DNA from: an uncultured delta proteobacterium
Lineage (GTDB): Bacteria; Desulfobacterota; Syntrophobacteria; Syntrophobacterales; Syntrophobacteraceae
Direction: 5' to 3'
DNA: 64,000 nucleotides
Assembly (NCBI GenBank): GCA_963808625.1
Contig: CAWEHK010000043.1
Location: forward strand, 64,001-128,000
Position 1 is the first letter of the stretch. The number at the start of each line of letters is the position of its first letter. Made by a program: the position numbers and the translations under genes. Below the pieces are notes generated by a model, which saw only the letters and a list, made by a program, of their open reading frames with translations, ran no database searches and had not been told where the DNA came from. Shown piece by piece: positions 10,910-24,751 of this stretch.

Positions 10910-12235
10910 CAGTGGTGTCCGGTTAGGTTTTTGCAATTAAGCTGTCTCCTCGCTGCTCTTTGAAATCCGAAGGAATCGGAGGTTTTTGTTGGGAATCGCG
11001 AAGCTCGTTCTGGATTCTTATGCGGAGCTCTCTTACTCGCTTGATGCTGACCTTTTCCTGGTAGTGATTATGACAATAGATGGCTAGCAGCAGATAGGTA
11101 ATAAGTCCGGAGAGAATTTGCACCATCAACCCGTACTCTGTCCTTGCGATAAGGTGATAGACCTTCAGATGACGTTTCCACCAGGCAAAAAACTTCTCGA
11201 TTTGCCAACGCAGTTTATAGATAAAAGCGATCTGCTCGGCAAAGAGATCATGGCGATCGGTAGCCACCCAGTAGTCTACGTTATCGACACGGTATCCAAC
11301 AAGGCGAACTTGCTTTTGTGTCTGGTTAATACCTGGAGTCCCGAGCAGAACGATAGCATCGTAGAAGACGATGCTGTTGGTTGGGACCGAGTTCATTTGA
11401 ATGCAAGTTTTCTTGGTATTTGCCTTGATACGGCAGACAAAGTGCTTGCCGTCGGTTTGCCATTGATCAAAGCTTTTGTGGCACTGATAGCCCCGGTCCA
11501 TGACACCAGTCTGGCCAGGTGAGAGGATCATGGCAACAAAGGGGCGCTCACCCTCCTTACCGTCGGTGAGAAAGATTTTGGAGGGAATACCACGATTGAT
11601 GTCAAAGCCAACATGGACTTTAGCTTTCTTTGAACCGTCCCGGTAGTCAGCCCAGTACATAGAGAGGACAGCCTGGATGAGCGAGCCGTCAATGCCCACC
11701 AGTTCACCAAGTTCGGTGTGCTGGGCGGGTAAAACATTAGAGGCTTGGTTCTGAAGTTGCTGGTACACGTGACCAAGCTGTTCAAGACCGCGATTGTTAA
11801 TGGCCTCGAAAAAACTGCTCTTCTGGATGCCATCGGGAGGCGCAATGTGATTGCGGGCGAAGTCATCCTCTTCAAGAGCCTGGATTAGATGCCGCCCAGA
11901 GGTGTGTTCCTCGAGATGAAAGTAAACCAATGCTTTGAGTTGTTGTTCGAAGTTCATCTGCAAGGGTCGGTTCCCTCTTGCCACCAGGGGATTAGCAGTA
12001 GCAAGGGTGATTTCAGTTGGTTTGAAGAGCTCATCAAAACTCGGCGTAGCGTACTTACGGTCGTAAGGGTGGAATGTCTTCGGCATTTTCGTAACTCCTT
12101 AGAAATATAGGATTTTCCGAAAATGGCCGCGACCCACACCTTAATTGAAATGTCAAGTAAAAAAGTGACTCAACCTGTTGTTTTTTGACATTTTTTACAC
12201 CTTATCATATGCAATTTCTTAACCGGACATCACTG
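10910..12235 (-). mobile_element. IS4-family insertion sequence, copy 1 (1326 bp)
   Basis: TIR CAGTGGTGTCCGGTTA / TAACCGGACATCACTG; 9-bp TSD AAATGGAAT at 10901-10909 and 12236-12244. Confidence 0.95.
10923..12086 (-). CDS. IS4-family DDE transposase
   Basis: IDGS, MDRGY and YKLRWQIEKFFAWWK (YREK signature). Confidence 0.93.
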   Translation of the reverse strand: MPKTFHPYDRKYATPSFDELFKPTEITLATANPLVARGNRPLQMNFEQQLKALVYFHLEEHTSGRHLIQALEEDDFARNHIAPPDGIQKSSFFEAINNRGLEQLGHVYQQLQNQASNVLPAQHTELGELVGIDGSLIQAVLSMYWADYRDGSKKAKVHVGFDINRGIPSKIFLTDGKEGERPFVAMILSPGQTGVMDRGYQCHKSFDQWQTDGKHFVCRIKANTKKTCIQMNSVPTNSIVFYDAIVLLGTPGINQTQKQVRLVGYRVDNVDYWVATDRHDLFAEQIAFIYKLRWQIEKFFAWWKRHLKVYHLIARTEYGLMVQILSGLITYLLLAIYCHNHYQEKVSIKRVRELRIRIQNELRDSQQKPPIPSDFKEQRGDSLIAKT

Positions 12236-12372
12236 AAATGGAATACCATTCCGTAGCCGTCCCGACGACGGCAGAGGACCGGCCCCGGCCTTTGACAGTC
12301 CCGGAGCCGGCATAGCGGCCGGACGATTCGGTTGCGAGGGAGGTAGGGATGCCTGAGGAAAGGTCCGGAGGA

Positions 12373-12858
12373 CTATTGTTCAATGGGAAGGTTAAACTGC
12401 TGCCACAGTTTCCAGCCGTCGGCAAGGATGCGCACTTGATCGTAGCCTTTCGCCAGGAGTGCCGACGCGAGTTCCCTGCTCAGGCTGCAACTTTCACCAT
12501 CACAGTAGGTAATAATAATCGTGTCACGAGGAATACCCGCCATGACGTGCGGAAAGCGTCGATCAAAATCTTCCCACGGCAGGCTCCTGGCGCCTGCAAT
12601 ACGCCCTTTGCGGTAGTGTTCCTTGGATCGGGCATCGAGAAACAAGGCTCGCTGCTCAAAGAACAAAGCTTCAGCATCTTCAATGGTAATGGCCAGATTA
12701 TCTCCGTTCGAGGCCGATTTGACCTCAACCCCGGGAGAGGCACCCGGAACAAGCGGCAACCCTTGATCGCGCAGAAAGTTGACGCCCAGGCCAATCCCCA
12801 TGGCAATGATAAGAACGGCCGTACTTTGCCACATCGCCTGAAACCATGAATCGGTCAT
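12373..12858 (-). CDS. Rhodanese-like domain membrane-anchored protein
   Basis: FLDARS..Y..GRIAGARSLP, IITYCDG and V.IL.DGW..W; N-terminal transmembrane segment. Confidence 0.85.
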   Translation of the reverse strand: MTDSWFQAMWQSTAVLIIAMGIGLGVNFLRDQGLPLVPGASPGVEVKSASNGDNLAITIEDAEALFFEQRALFLDARSKEHYRKGRIAGARSLPWEDFDRRFPHVMAGIPRDTIIITYCDGESCSLSRELASALLAKGYDQVRILADGWKLWQQFNLPIEQ

Positions 12859-12864
12859 GTTGTT

Positions 12865-13025
12865 GGCTTTTAGCTTTTGGCTTTTGGTTCTTGGATTTGG
12901 ATGGCACAAACGCTCGCCCGCACTCAAGCCGCGAGTCACTACCACCACCCATCACTCATCACTCATCACTCGGCACCCAGCACTCTCACTCAGCACTCTC
13001 ACTCATCACTCAGCACCCAGCACTT
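12865..13025. repeat. Heptamer tandem repeats (GCTTTTR; CACTCAT/CACYCAG)
   Basis: Two short arrays with 7-nt period. Confidence 0.75.
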
Positions 13026-14088
13026 CTCCCCCGATACAAACAAAGCGGCTCTTCCGCAAGGTAGTCGCCCGTGCTTTCATAAGCCCTGGCGCGGCAGCCG
13101 CCGCACACCTTCACATACTCGCACCCGCCGCACTTGCCCTCGATAGTTGCCAAAATCCCTCAGGTCCTTGAAGATGGCGCGAATTGTCCCAGATTTCGCG
13201 GAAGGATTGTTCGCGGATATTGCCGCAGTTCAGCTCCAGGTAGCCGCAGGGCTGCACCTGTCCGACGTGGGAGATGAAGGCAAAGCCGACTCCTCCCAGG
13301 CAGCCGCGGGTCATGGCATCGAGGCCGAAGGTCTTGAAGCTGACCTCGCGCCCCTCTGATTTGGCGCGCTGCCGCAGGATGCGGTAGTAGTGGGGGGCGC
13401 AGGTGGCCTTCAACTGCAGCGGCGCCCGGTCTCTCTGTTCGTAGAACCAGTGCAGCGTTTGTTCATACTGTTCGGCATCGATGCCCTGTTCCGCCAGGTC
13501 TTTGCCGCGGCCCATGGGAACGAGCAGGAAAATGTGGTGGGCCACGGCGCCGAGCGAAACCGCCAGTTCCTGAACGGCGGAGAGCTCATGGAGGTTTTGC
13601 CGGGTGATGGTGGTGTTGATCTGGAAATCCAGGCCCGCCTCCCTGGCGCACTGCACGCCGCGAAGCGCTCCCTCGAAGGCCCCCGGCACCCGGCGGAAGG
13701 CATCGTGCGAGGCGGCGGTGGCGCCATCCAGGCTGATGCTGATCCGCTGAATTCCCGCTTCCTGCATCTTTCGGACGTTCTCACCGGTGAGCAGGGTCCC
13801 GTTCACGGCCATGGTCATGCGGAAGCCCTTCGCGGTCCCGTAGGCGGCAATGTCGAAGATATCCGGGCGCAGGAGGGGCTCGCCGCCGGTCAGGATGACG
13901 ATCGGGCTGGCAAAGGTTTGGATGTCGTCCAGGAGCTTGAAGCATTCCGCCGTCGTCAGCTCATTCTCATAAGGGCGGTCCAGCGCCGCGGCGCGGCAAT
14001 GGATGCAGGCCAGGTTGCAGGTGCGCGTCACTTCCCATGCCACCAGGCGCAAATTCGCACCAGTTCCGCTTTTATGCTCTCTTTCCAT
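13010..14088 (-). CDS. ahbD: Radical SAM/SPASM heme b synthase AhbD (frameshift near 13170)
   Basis: [36 protein letters not shown] and C-terminal CGGCRARAY; adjacent to hemB and ahbC. Confidence 0.88.
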
Positions 14089-14100
14089 GCCCTTCCTCGC

Positions 14101-15075
<975 letters not shown>

Positions 15076-15216
15076 GGGGCACACCCTCTCTTTCGCTTTA
15101 GGGGAGTCAAATCCACACCGCAGAGGCGCAGAGAACGCAGAGAAAAGCTTCCGATCCTCTCTGCGCCCTCTGCGTCTCTGCGGTGGAAACTGAAGATTTC
15201 AAGCCAATCATGATAA

Positions 15217-16395
15217 TCAGGCTATTTCTTCATCCGTAAGGTAGCATGCCGGGTCCGGGCTCCACAGGTCTCCGGTGGCGGCTTCCGCCCGCACCCGGAA
15301 ATTTCCCCCGCAAACGTCCAACCAATGGCAGCGGCTACAGCGGCCTTTCACATGCAGTTTCTTATCCTTGAGCTCCTTCATCAGGGGATTGGAAAGGTCC
15401 GTCCAGATCTCGCCGAACGGCCGCTCCCTGACGTTGCCGAAGCTGTAGTGGCGCCAGAACTGATCGGCGTGGACGCTGCCGTCCCAACTGATGCAGCCGA
15501 TGCCGCGCCCGGAGTTGTTGCCCTCGTTCATTTGCAGGAGTTCGAGGACATCGGCAGCCCGGAGCGACCCTTCCCTGAGCATCCGGAGGTAGAGGTAGGG
15601 TCCGTCGGCATGGTTGTCGACGGTCAAGACCTCCTTCGGCTTGCCGCGCCGATGAAGGTCGGCGGTGCGGTCGATAATGAGGTCCACGGCCGCCCGCGTT
15701 TCTTCGTGCGAGAGATCTTCGTCCATGAGCCTGCTGCCTCTTCCCGCATAAACCAGGTGATAGAAGCAGACCCGGGGAATGTCGCGGGCCTCCAGGAGGT
15801 CAAAAATTGCGGGTATTTCCCGAAAGTTGAGGCGATTCATGGTAAACCGCAGGCCCACCTTGATTCCCGCTTCCTGGCAGGCGGCGATGCCGTCGAGCGC
15901 CTTGCGGAAGGCCCCCCTCACTCCCCGAAACCGATCGTTCACCGCCTCCATGCCATCGAGGCTGATGCCCACATAGGACAGCCCGATCTGTTTGAGCTGC
16001 TGCGCCGCGGCCGGAGTGATCAGGGTGCCGTTGGTGGAAATGACGGCGCGCATCCCTTGTTCAACGGCATGAGAGGCAAGTTCCATGAGGTCGGGACGCA
16101 TCAGCGGTTCGCCCCCGGAAAACAGCACCACCGGGCAGCCGAACTCCGCCAGATTGTCAAGGACGCGCTTTCCCTCGACGGTCGACAGTTCGTCGGGAAA
16201 GTCCTCGTCCCTGGCATGGGCATAACAGTGAACGCATTTGAGGTTGCACCGCCTGGTCATGTTCCACACGACCACCGGTTTCTTGTCCCGGGAAAATTGG
16301 AGGAGATGCGACGGGAGATGCCCGCTTTCGCGCCCGTAGCGCAAGGCATCGGAAGGTTCGACAGTACCGCAATAAAGCTTTGAAATGCCGATCAT
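15217..16395 (-). CDS. ahbC: Radical SAM 12,18-didecarboxysiroheme deacetylase AhbC
   Basis: MIGISKLYCG...LRYGR, PVVVWNMTRRCNLKCVHCY, TVDNHADG and DPACYL. Confidence 0.92.
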   Translation of the reverse strand: MIGISKLYCGTVEPSDALRYGRESGHLPSHLLQFSRDKKPVVVWNMTRRCNLKCVHCYAHARDEDFPDELSTVEGKRVLDNLAEFGCPVVLFSGGEPLMRPDLMELASHAVEQGMRAVISTNGTLITPAAAQQLKQIGLSYVGISLDGMEAVNDRFRGVRGAFRKALDGIAACQEAGIKVGLRFTMNRLNFREIPAIFDLLEARDIPRVCFYHLVYAGRGSRLMDEDLSHEETRAAVDLIIDRTADLHRRGKPKEVLTVDNHADGPYLYLRMLREGSLRAADVLELLQMNEGNNSGRGIGCISWDGSVHADQFWRHYSFGNVRERPFGEIWTDLSNPLMKELKDKKLHVKGRCSRCHWLDVCGGNFRVRAEAATGDLWSPDPACYLTDEEIA

Positions 16396-16400
16396 GATTG

Positions 16401-18197
16401 TTATTCCCGAGGGTATGTCTTTTCTCTTTGCCCGATGGCATCGAGGGGATAGTTGCGATAGTTTTCGCGGATCAGCTCATCCAGGTAGATGCTCGGCTGA
16501 AGGATGGCTCTTCTTGGCAGGGTAAACTCCGTTTGGCCGCTGCGGTCGGCAATGAGCTTGAAACCGTAATCGAAGTCCCGGGAAACGCCGAGGCACACGG
16601 CCGTGGCCGAGGAATCCCGCTGCAGCGCCTCCTCGATGATTTGGTTAATCGCTTCCTCATCGAAATGAATTCTGAAGTGGTAATTCTCGAAGAAATCCGA
16701 TTCGAACACCCGGATTTGATTGTAGAGCATAACCATCTCATCCATGACGGCATCGACGGTGAGGCCGATCCGCAATTGCTGCTCGACGGCCAGTTCAATC
16801 CTTTCCGGGGAAAATATCTGGGGAAACTGGAGAAGGTAGCGATCTCCCTCGGTCATCACCTGCTCTCGCGCAACCGCTTTTTCCTTCTCGATGAACTGGA
16901 GATAGGCCTGCAGACGCTCAGGATCATGAGGATTGCCAAGAATCCGGTCCAATTCGCCAAGAGGATCGAGCACCACCTCGCTGGTCACCACCAGACAGCG
17001 GACGGTGGAGCTGGGGAGGTTCTTTTCGTAGGGCAGGAGCACTCGTTCCAGGACACTCACCAGCCCCCGTGCTCCCGTTTTTTCCTCGTAGGCCATCTCG
17101 GCAAGAAGACGCAGGGCATCGTCCTGGAACTTGATGTCGATCCCGTAGCTGCGAAAATCCTCTTTTTTGCCGACAATGATGGGATTGTTCGGGTTTTTCA
17201 GGATTTCATGAAGGTCCTCGACCTCGAGGGGCTCGAGGACGGCCACAACCGGCAGGCGGCCGACAAACTCGCTCTCGAAACCATACTCGATCATGTCCTC
17301 CGCTTTGACATGCCGGGCGAATTTGTGGTCGTCTTCTTTGCTCTGAATCTGCGCGCCAAAGCCAACCCCCTGCTGCTGCATCCGTTTCTTGACGATTGGC
17401 GCAAGATCGTTGAAGGCCCCGCTCATGATGAACAGGATATTCCTGGTGTTGATGGTGCGTTTTTCCCGTTTCCCGGTCTTGCGATATTGTTCGATGGCCT
17501 GGATCTGGGAAATGGGATCATGGGGCACCCTGAGATCGACCTCGGTCTCTTCCATCGGTTTAAGAAGCGCCCGCTGCACCCCGGTTCGTGACACATCCGG
17601 ACCGATGAGGTGCCGGGAGGAAGCGATCTTATCGACTTCATCGAGGTAGATGATACCCTGCTCAGCCAGCTCCAGGTCATCGTCGGCCTCGACCAGCAAC
17701 TGCCTGACAAGGTCCTCCACATCGCCGCCCACGTAACCCGTTTCACTGAACTTGGTGGCATCGCCTTTTACGAACGGCACTCCAAGCCTCTTGGCAATCA
17801 ATTTGACGAGATAGGTCTTCCCCACCCCCGTTGGTCCGATCAGCAGGACATTGTTCTTGATCCGCCCGACAATTTCCCCGCCCCTGGCCCGCGGCTTCCG
17901 GCGCTGATATTTGATGCGATTGTAGTGCGTGCAGATCTTGGTCGCCAGCACCGCTTTCGCTTCCGACTGCTTGATCACGTATTGATCGAGGTAGCTTTCC
18001 AGTTCCTGGGGTTTGAGGTCAAACTTGATCTTCTCGACGCCACTGGCTTTCTTTTGCTCGTGGGGAGTGTCTTTCGCCTGCGGCATCATCATGGGAGCAA
18101 CCACCTTGATCCGATATCCGTACTTCTTGGAGAGGTATTCACTCAGTTCCTTTTCCAGCTCTTCCTGATCGGGTAGGGTCGGGACATCATCCGGCAT
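16401..18197 (-). CDS. ClpX-like AAA+ ATPase lacking the N-terminal Zn finger, with C-terminal extension
   Basis: GPTGVGKT, DATKFSETGYVGGDVE, IIYLDEVDKI, GVQRALLK and TGARGL. Confidence 0.85.
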   Translation of the reverse strand: MPDDVPTLPDQEELEKELSEYLSKKYGYRIKVVAPMMMPQAKDTPHEQKKASGVEKIKFDLKPQELESYLDQYVIKQSEAKAVLATKICTHYNRIKYQRRKPRARGGEIVGRIKNNVLLIGPTGVGKTYLVKLIAKRLGVPFVKGDATKFSETGYVGGDVEDLVRQLLVEADDDLELAEQGIIYLDEVDKIASSRHLIGPDVSRTGVQRALLKPMEETEVDLRVPHDPISQIQAIEQYRKTGKREKRTINTRNILFIMSGAFNDLAPIVKKRMQQQGVGFGAQIQSKEDDHKFARHVKAEDMIEYGFESEFVGRLPVVAVLEPLEVEDLHEILKNPNNPIIVGKKEDFRSYGIDIKFQDDALRLLAEMAYEEKTGARGLVSVLERVLLPYEKNLPSSTVRCLVVTSEVVLDPLGELDRILGNPHDPERLQAYLQFIEKEKAVAREQVMTEGDRYLLQFPQIFSPERIELAVEQQLRIGLTVDAVMDEMVMLYNQIRVFESDFFENYHFRIHFDEEAINQIIEEALQRDSSATAVCLGVSRDFDYGFKLIADRSGQTEFTLPRRAILQPSIYLDELIRENYRNYPLDAIGQREKTYPRE

Positions 18198-18347
18198 CTA
18201 AATATCCTGAAACCTTTTCCGCATGGTTAATGCCACATCTTACGCACCATTCTTCATCTGCCGGTGAATATAAACTCTTGCCACAGGCATTTCAACCATC
18301 CCTCCCCTCTCTCCGTGTCTCCCCATCCCCCATCTGCATCAAGCTGA

Positions 18348-18637
18348 GAGGCTGTCTGAAAATTCCCCTTAAAGCTGGTTCCCAAGCTCCGGCTTGGGAA
18401 CCCACCTGTTTGGAAGCTCCAGCTTCGTCGGACTAGTGGATGCCACGTGATATAAGAGGCACGGGAAGCTGGAGCTTCCGTGCCTGCGTTCCCAAGCTGG
18501 AGCTTGGGAACGAGCGAAAGAGCGAGAGCATGGGAACGAGCGAGAGCTTGGGAAAGAGCGAGTCCCCCTTTTTCAAGGTTGGGTCGGGGGAATTCTCCTT
18601 CGAGTTTTGCGCAAAATTTGAATTTTCAGACAACCTC
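18348..18637. mobile_element. MITE-like element (18-bp TIR, TGA duplication) carrying CCCAAGCTGGAGCTTGGG REP hairpins
   Basis: GAGGCTGTCTGAAAATTC...GAATTTTCAGACAACCTC with TGA on both sides. Confidence 0.8.
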
Positions 18638-18667
18638 TGATTGGTCTCACTGCTTAATGGAAAAGAT

Positions 18668-18846
18668 GAATATCGAATATCGAAGAAGGAATTTCGAATT
18701 ATGAAGTTTTCTGCTGTCTTGCCGGGCTTTGAAGGATTCTGCCATTCTCAAATCTCGAATGACAAAACAAAGCAACCTCTTGTCAAGACCAAAGTCCTTA
18801 TTTTCCTTCGATATTCTTCGGTTCCTTGTTCGATATTCGATATTCG
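18668..18846. repeat. Palindromic GAATATC/GATATTC repeat; related copy at about 40578-40676
   Basis: GAATATCGAATATCGAA...TTCGATATTCGATATTC inverted arms. Confidence 0.7.
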
Positions 18847-18979
18847 CTCAGCAGCTTCTCCCATCCTATCGCTCGTGAGTGACATTTCCTCCCATCCCGG
18901 ACTTGACGGATGGTTCGACCGAAGCGATCATATAGCCTCATGATCCAGTCACCCAGTTATCGAGAAAAGGAAAGATACG

Positions 18980-19597
18980 ATGCCAAACACCGACAAACCA
19001 GGTCTCCTTCTGAGCGTGGAGAGCGATGGTCTCGCCAGCTTCTTCTACCTGCTTCAAAGTGGGTTTGGGTCCCAGATCCGCGTCGGGCAGAATGTCGAAA
19101 CCACCCTCACCCGGGAATTTGGGCTGGATGCGGGCCTCATCGAGAAAATCCAGACCGTTTTTCTGGACGGCAAGGCGGTTGATGATCTTGCCGCTTCAGT
19201 GGTCCGGGAGGGCTCCATCCTGGCGCTTTCCGCAGCCATGCCCGGCCTCGTTGGGGCGACGCTGCGAAGAGGCGGCTACTATGCGGCAATGCGCTCCCAG
19301 ATCACCGCTGTCGAGACGCATGACACGGCAGTCGTCAAGGATGGCATGGTCAGGGTCAAGGTTTTTAATATCCTGCTCAAGGAGCTGGCGCCGATTTTTC
19401 TGAGGAAAGGGATTTGGATTGAAAAGAAGGTGTTGCGGGATTTTCTTGCCGCCCAGCCGCAGAGCTTCTGGTCGGGCTGCAAGGAAGCCCGTATTAACGG
19501 GGCCGAGGTAGCACCCGAAGCGGTGGTCAACTGGCCATGGCCGGACGAGGATGAGCACATTCGCCTGGCGGTGGAAGCAAGTGATCCCGAGGCCTGA
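18980..19597 (+). CDS. Hypothetical protein
   Basis: 205-aa ORF with AGGA upstream and host-like codon usage; LALSAAMPGLVGATLRRGG. Confidence 0.75.
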   Translation: MPNTDKPGLLLSVESDGLASFFYLLQSGFGSQIRVGQNVETTLTREFGLDAGLIEKIQTVFLDGKAVDDLAASVVREGSILALSAAMPGLVGATLRRGGYYAAMRSQITAVETHDTAVVKDGMVRVKVFNILLKELAPIFLRKGIWIEKKVLRDFLAAQPQSFWSGCKEARINGAEVAPEAVVNWPWPDEDEHIRLAVEASDPEA

Positions 19598-19664
19598 AGC
19601 GCTGCGAGCAACGTCCGTGGGTCAGGGATTGAGGACGCTGCGAAAATTGCAGGGCAGGGTGTAA

Positions 19665-20005
19665 GAGGCTGTCTGAAAATTCAATTTTTGCGCAAAACTC
19701 GAAGGAAGAATCCCTCCGACCCACCTTTAAAAAGGGGGAGCTCGTTCGCTCGTTCCCGCTCGTTCGCTCGTTCGCTCGTTCCCAAGCTCCAGCTTCACTC
19801 GTTTCGCTCGTTCCCAAGCTCTGCTTCGCTCGTTCGCTCGTTCCCAAGCTCCAGCTTGGGAACGCAGGCACGGAAGCTCCAGCTTCCTGTGCGTCTTGAG
19901 TATCAGATGGTATCCACAAGTCCGACGAAGCTGGAGCTTCCAAGGAGGTGGGTTCCCAAGCCAGAGCTTGGGAACCAGCTTTAGGGGGAATTTTCAGACA
20001 GTCTC
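19665..20005. mobile_element. MITE-like element, inverted homologue of 18348-18637 (TAA duplication)
   Basis: GAGGCTGTCTGAAAATTC...GAATTTTCAGACAGTCTC with TAA on both sides; expanded CTCGTTCG units. Confidence 0.8.
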
Positions 20006-20270
20006 TAAGAACCGCAAGAGGCAGGCCGAGGAAGGGGACTTTGCCTGGTTCGGGAAAGCCTCAGGGCTTTGGCGATCAAGCTGCCTGCTCGTACCGTGAG
20101 ATTTGCCTGCTGCCTTCCTGATGATTAAGTTCAATTTGTCTCACCAGTGGGGGGAGATGACAGGGGCCGGGCTCGGCCCCGAAAAAAAGAAAACGTCCAG
20201 CCGATTGACTTTCATAGCCTCAAGACGCTAGGATTTACCCCTTAACGTAATCGGAAGGGAGGTAATTCAA

Positions 20271-20618
20271 GTGGGACCCGAACATCATCTCCCAATTTTT
20301 GGATCCACCGACTGCGGTTGCTGTGAGACCGGCGATCTGACCAGGGAAGAGAGCGGTCAAATCTATGGGTGCCACGAAAAGAGCACCGTTCTCACGCACC
20401 GGGAAGAAGAGGTCCTCAAGCGCATCAGGGAACTCGGTCTCGAAGCCAAAGCGCTCAGGGCCGAGCTGAAGCGCCTCGAGGAAGCAGAACCCGTTGATTT
20501 GCAGGCCAAACAAAGGGTCATGGAAGAACTGGAGAGCTTGCGCCGGATGCGTTCCGCCCTGGATTCGGAGCGGATCGCCGCCGCCGATGAGCGGATGCGC
20601 CTGTTAGGGCATGCTTAG
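20271..20618 (+). CDS. Small hypothetical coiled-coil protein with N-terminal cysteines
   Basis: GGAGG upstream; CGCC then a helical charged region; followed by a hairpin and T-run. Confidence 0.65.
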   Translation: MGPEHHLPIFGSTDCGCCETGDLTREESGQIYGCHEKSTVLTHREEEVLKRIRELGLEAKALRAELKRLEEAEPVDLQAKQRVMEELESLRRMRSALDSERIAAADERMRLLGHA

Positions 20619-20666
20619 GAAAAGGGATAATCCAGGGACGGGTAAATCATCCTTGTTGAACTCCAC

Positions 20667-20700
20667 AAAAACCCGGCGGGCTGAGTTCTCCGGGTTTTTT
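20667..20700 (+). terminator. Probable intrinsic terminator
   Basis: AAAACCCGG...CCGGGTTTTTT. Confidence 0.55.
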
Positions 20701-20980
20701 CATTGCTCCCCGGCACGACACCCACCCGCCAGAAAATCACCAGGCGATATTGGTGGGCAAGATGAAGCCTTGCCCACCCTACCGTGCTACTGTATTTGAA
20801 GCCAAGGGTGGGCTTCCGCTGACGTGTGCCGTCCAGATCAAACCATGGAGGGTGGGCACGTCTTCTTGTGCCCACGGAAACCGCGCATGAACTTAAGCTG
20901 GCATGTGCCGGCCAGGTCAAGCCTGACCGGGCAGATGACCATCTGCCGCACATGACGAGCAATTCCGGGAGGAACGTAAC

Positions 20981-23236
<2,256 letters not shown>

Positions 23237-23255
23237 GCAACTGTCTCAAGTTGAA

Positions 23256-23472
23256 TGCCCTGAAAGGGCTTCATAAAATAGCCCAGGGTCAGCAACAGCG
23301 CCACCCTGGGAGGGGAAGCCCAAATCTTTTCTTTACCCTGAAAGGGTTACATAAATCGTTGTACCGCTATGTTTTATGCAACCCCTTCAGGGTAGATAGT
23401 CGTGTTGTACCTGGCTCCCCAGGGTGGCGCTAGCGCTGACCCTGGGCTAATTTATCGAGCCCCTTCAGGGCA
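23256..23472. repeat. Nested palindromic repeat (CCCTGAAAGGG/CCCTTCAGGG family), intact copy
   Basis: Long inverted arms; the homologue at 31728-33280 is split by IS4 copy 2. Confidence 0.8.
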
Positions 23473-23990
23473 GTAAAGCTGGCTTGATGCATATGGGGTA
23501 AATCCCTCCCCTGCAGTCCGAACTCAAACATGTGCAGTTTCCGGATGAACACTGGTTAAGAACGGGCCGTGGTTCGCCGGCGAGCACACAGCGCGGCCTC
23601 AACCGGAACCAAAAACGCTTCACCACGAAGGACACGAAGACCGCGAAGAAATCTTCATAAACGTTGTCATCACCCTCGTTATGGTCTTCATTTTCTTCGT
23701 GCTCTTCGTGCTCTTCGTGGTAGATTTTTGCTGCCCTGGCGGAAGTCTGCCGGATGGTGTGCGGTGAAAAATATTTGCCCCGATTTGAAGCAATCAAGCG
23801 GGCAATTCTTCGCTTGCATTTGTGAATTTACTCGCTATAGTAATGCGGCGTGTAGAGAGCGGTTCGATATTCAAAGTTATTTGGGAAGTCGGTCTTTCGC
23901 CTGAATGAAACGGTTCCAAAATAGCTTCGAAGTAGCGCACCACCATTACCCAACAAAATTACCCAACAAAATTAAAAGAGGATCTACAAA

Positions 23991-24192
23991 ATGGCGGAAG
24001 GTCGAGTGAAGTGGTTTAATGACAGCAAGGGCTATGGTTTTATCCAGACCGACAGCGGCAAGGATGTTTTTGTGCATCACAGCGCCATCGAAGGGGAAGG
24101 ATTCAAGTCGCTGAGCGAGGGCGACCGGGTCAGCTTCGTCGAGGAAAAAGGCACCAAAGGGACCGCAGGCAACTAAGGTGAGAAAACTCTAA
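23991..24192 (+). CDS. cspA: Cold-shock protein (frameshift near 24160)
   Basis: [15 protein letters not shown] and DVFVHHSAI; restored end [11 protein letters not shown]. Confidence 0.92.
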
Positions 24193-24228
24193 CCAGCACC
24201 AGGCTGATGAAGTTTAGGATTTGCGGGG

Positions 24229-24257
24229 AAGCCGGAGCGTGAAAAGCTCCGGCTTTT
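24229..24257 (+). terminator. Intrinsic terminator after csp
   Basis: AAGCCGGAGC-loop-GCTCCGGCTTTT. Confidence 0.75.
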
Positions 24258-24356
24258 CTATTTTCGGTTTCGCCCTGGGGAGCAAGATTTTGCGCTGATT
24301 GCTTGTTGCCTCAGAAGCGACGCTCATTCCTGCCGCACCGGCAGGCCCGGCGGCTA

Positions 24357-24677
24357 TCACCCCTGGTAGATGCCGCTGACGACATCGGCGATCTCACATT
24401 CGAGATCATGTTCTTTGAGCAGGCGAACGATCTCGTGCAACTGGCCGGGATGATTCATGGCCACTTCGAGGTCGCCGGCCGCGTCGAGCACCGGGAACCG
24501 GTTCTCCCCGAGCACCCGCACCGCTTCCTCGAGCTTGTCAACCAACAGGCCCAGCACCGAGTATTCGGCCATGTAAGAAATCGGCAACGGCCGGGCCAGC
24601 CGACAACACGCCTCGGGTTGCCCCCGGTCCTTGCCTGATCTCGTCTTCTCTTTCGCCAGTATGGGTAGCTTCCACAT
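24357..24677 (-). CDS. Hypothetical protein (ACT-like tail)
   Basis: 106-aa ORF; YSVLGLLVD...IADVVSGIYQG. Confidence 0.6.
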   Translation of the reverse strand: MWKLPILAKEKTRSGKDRGQPEACCRLARPLPISYMAEYSVLGLLVDKLEEAVRVLGENRFPVLDAAGDLEVAMNHPGQLHEIVRLLKEHDLECEIADVVSGIYQG

Positions 24678-24751
24678 CTTGTGTTGTCCGCTGGTTAGAT
24701 ATGGTAATTGGTTTTGTATACATGGATTTTGTCAGCTGAGTCAAACGCGAA

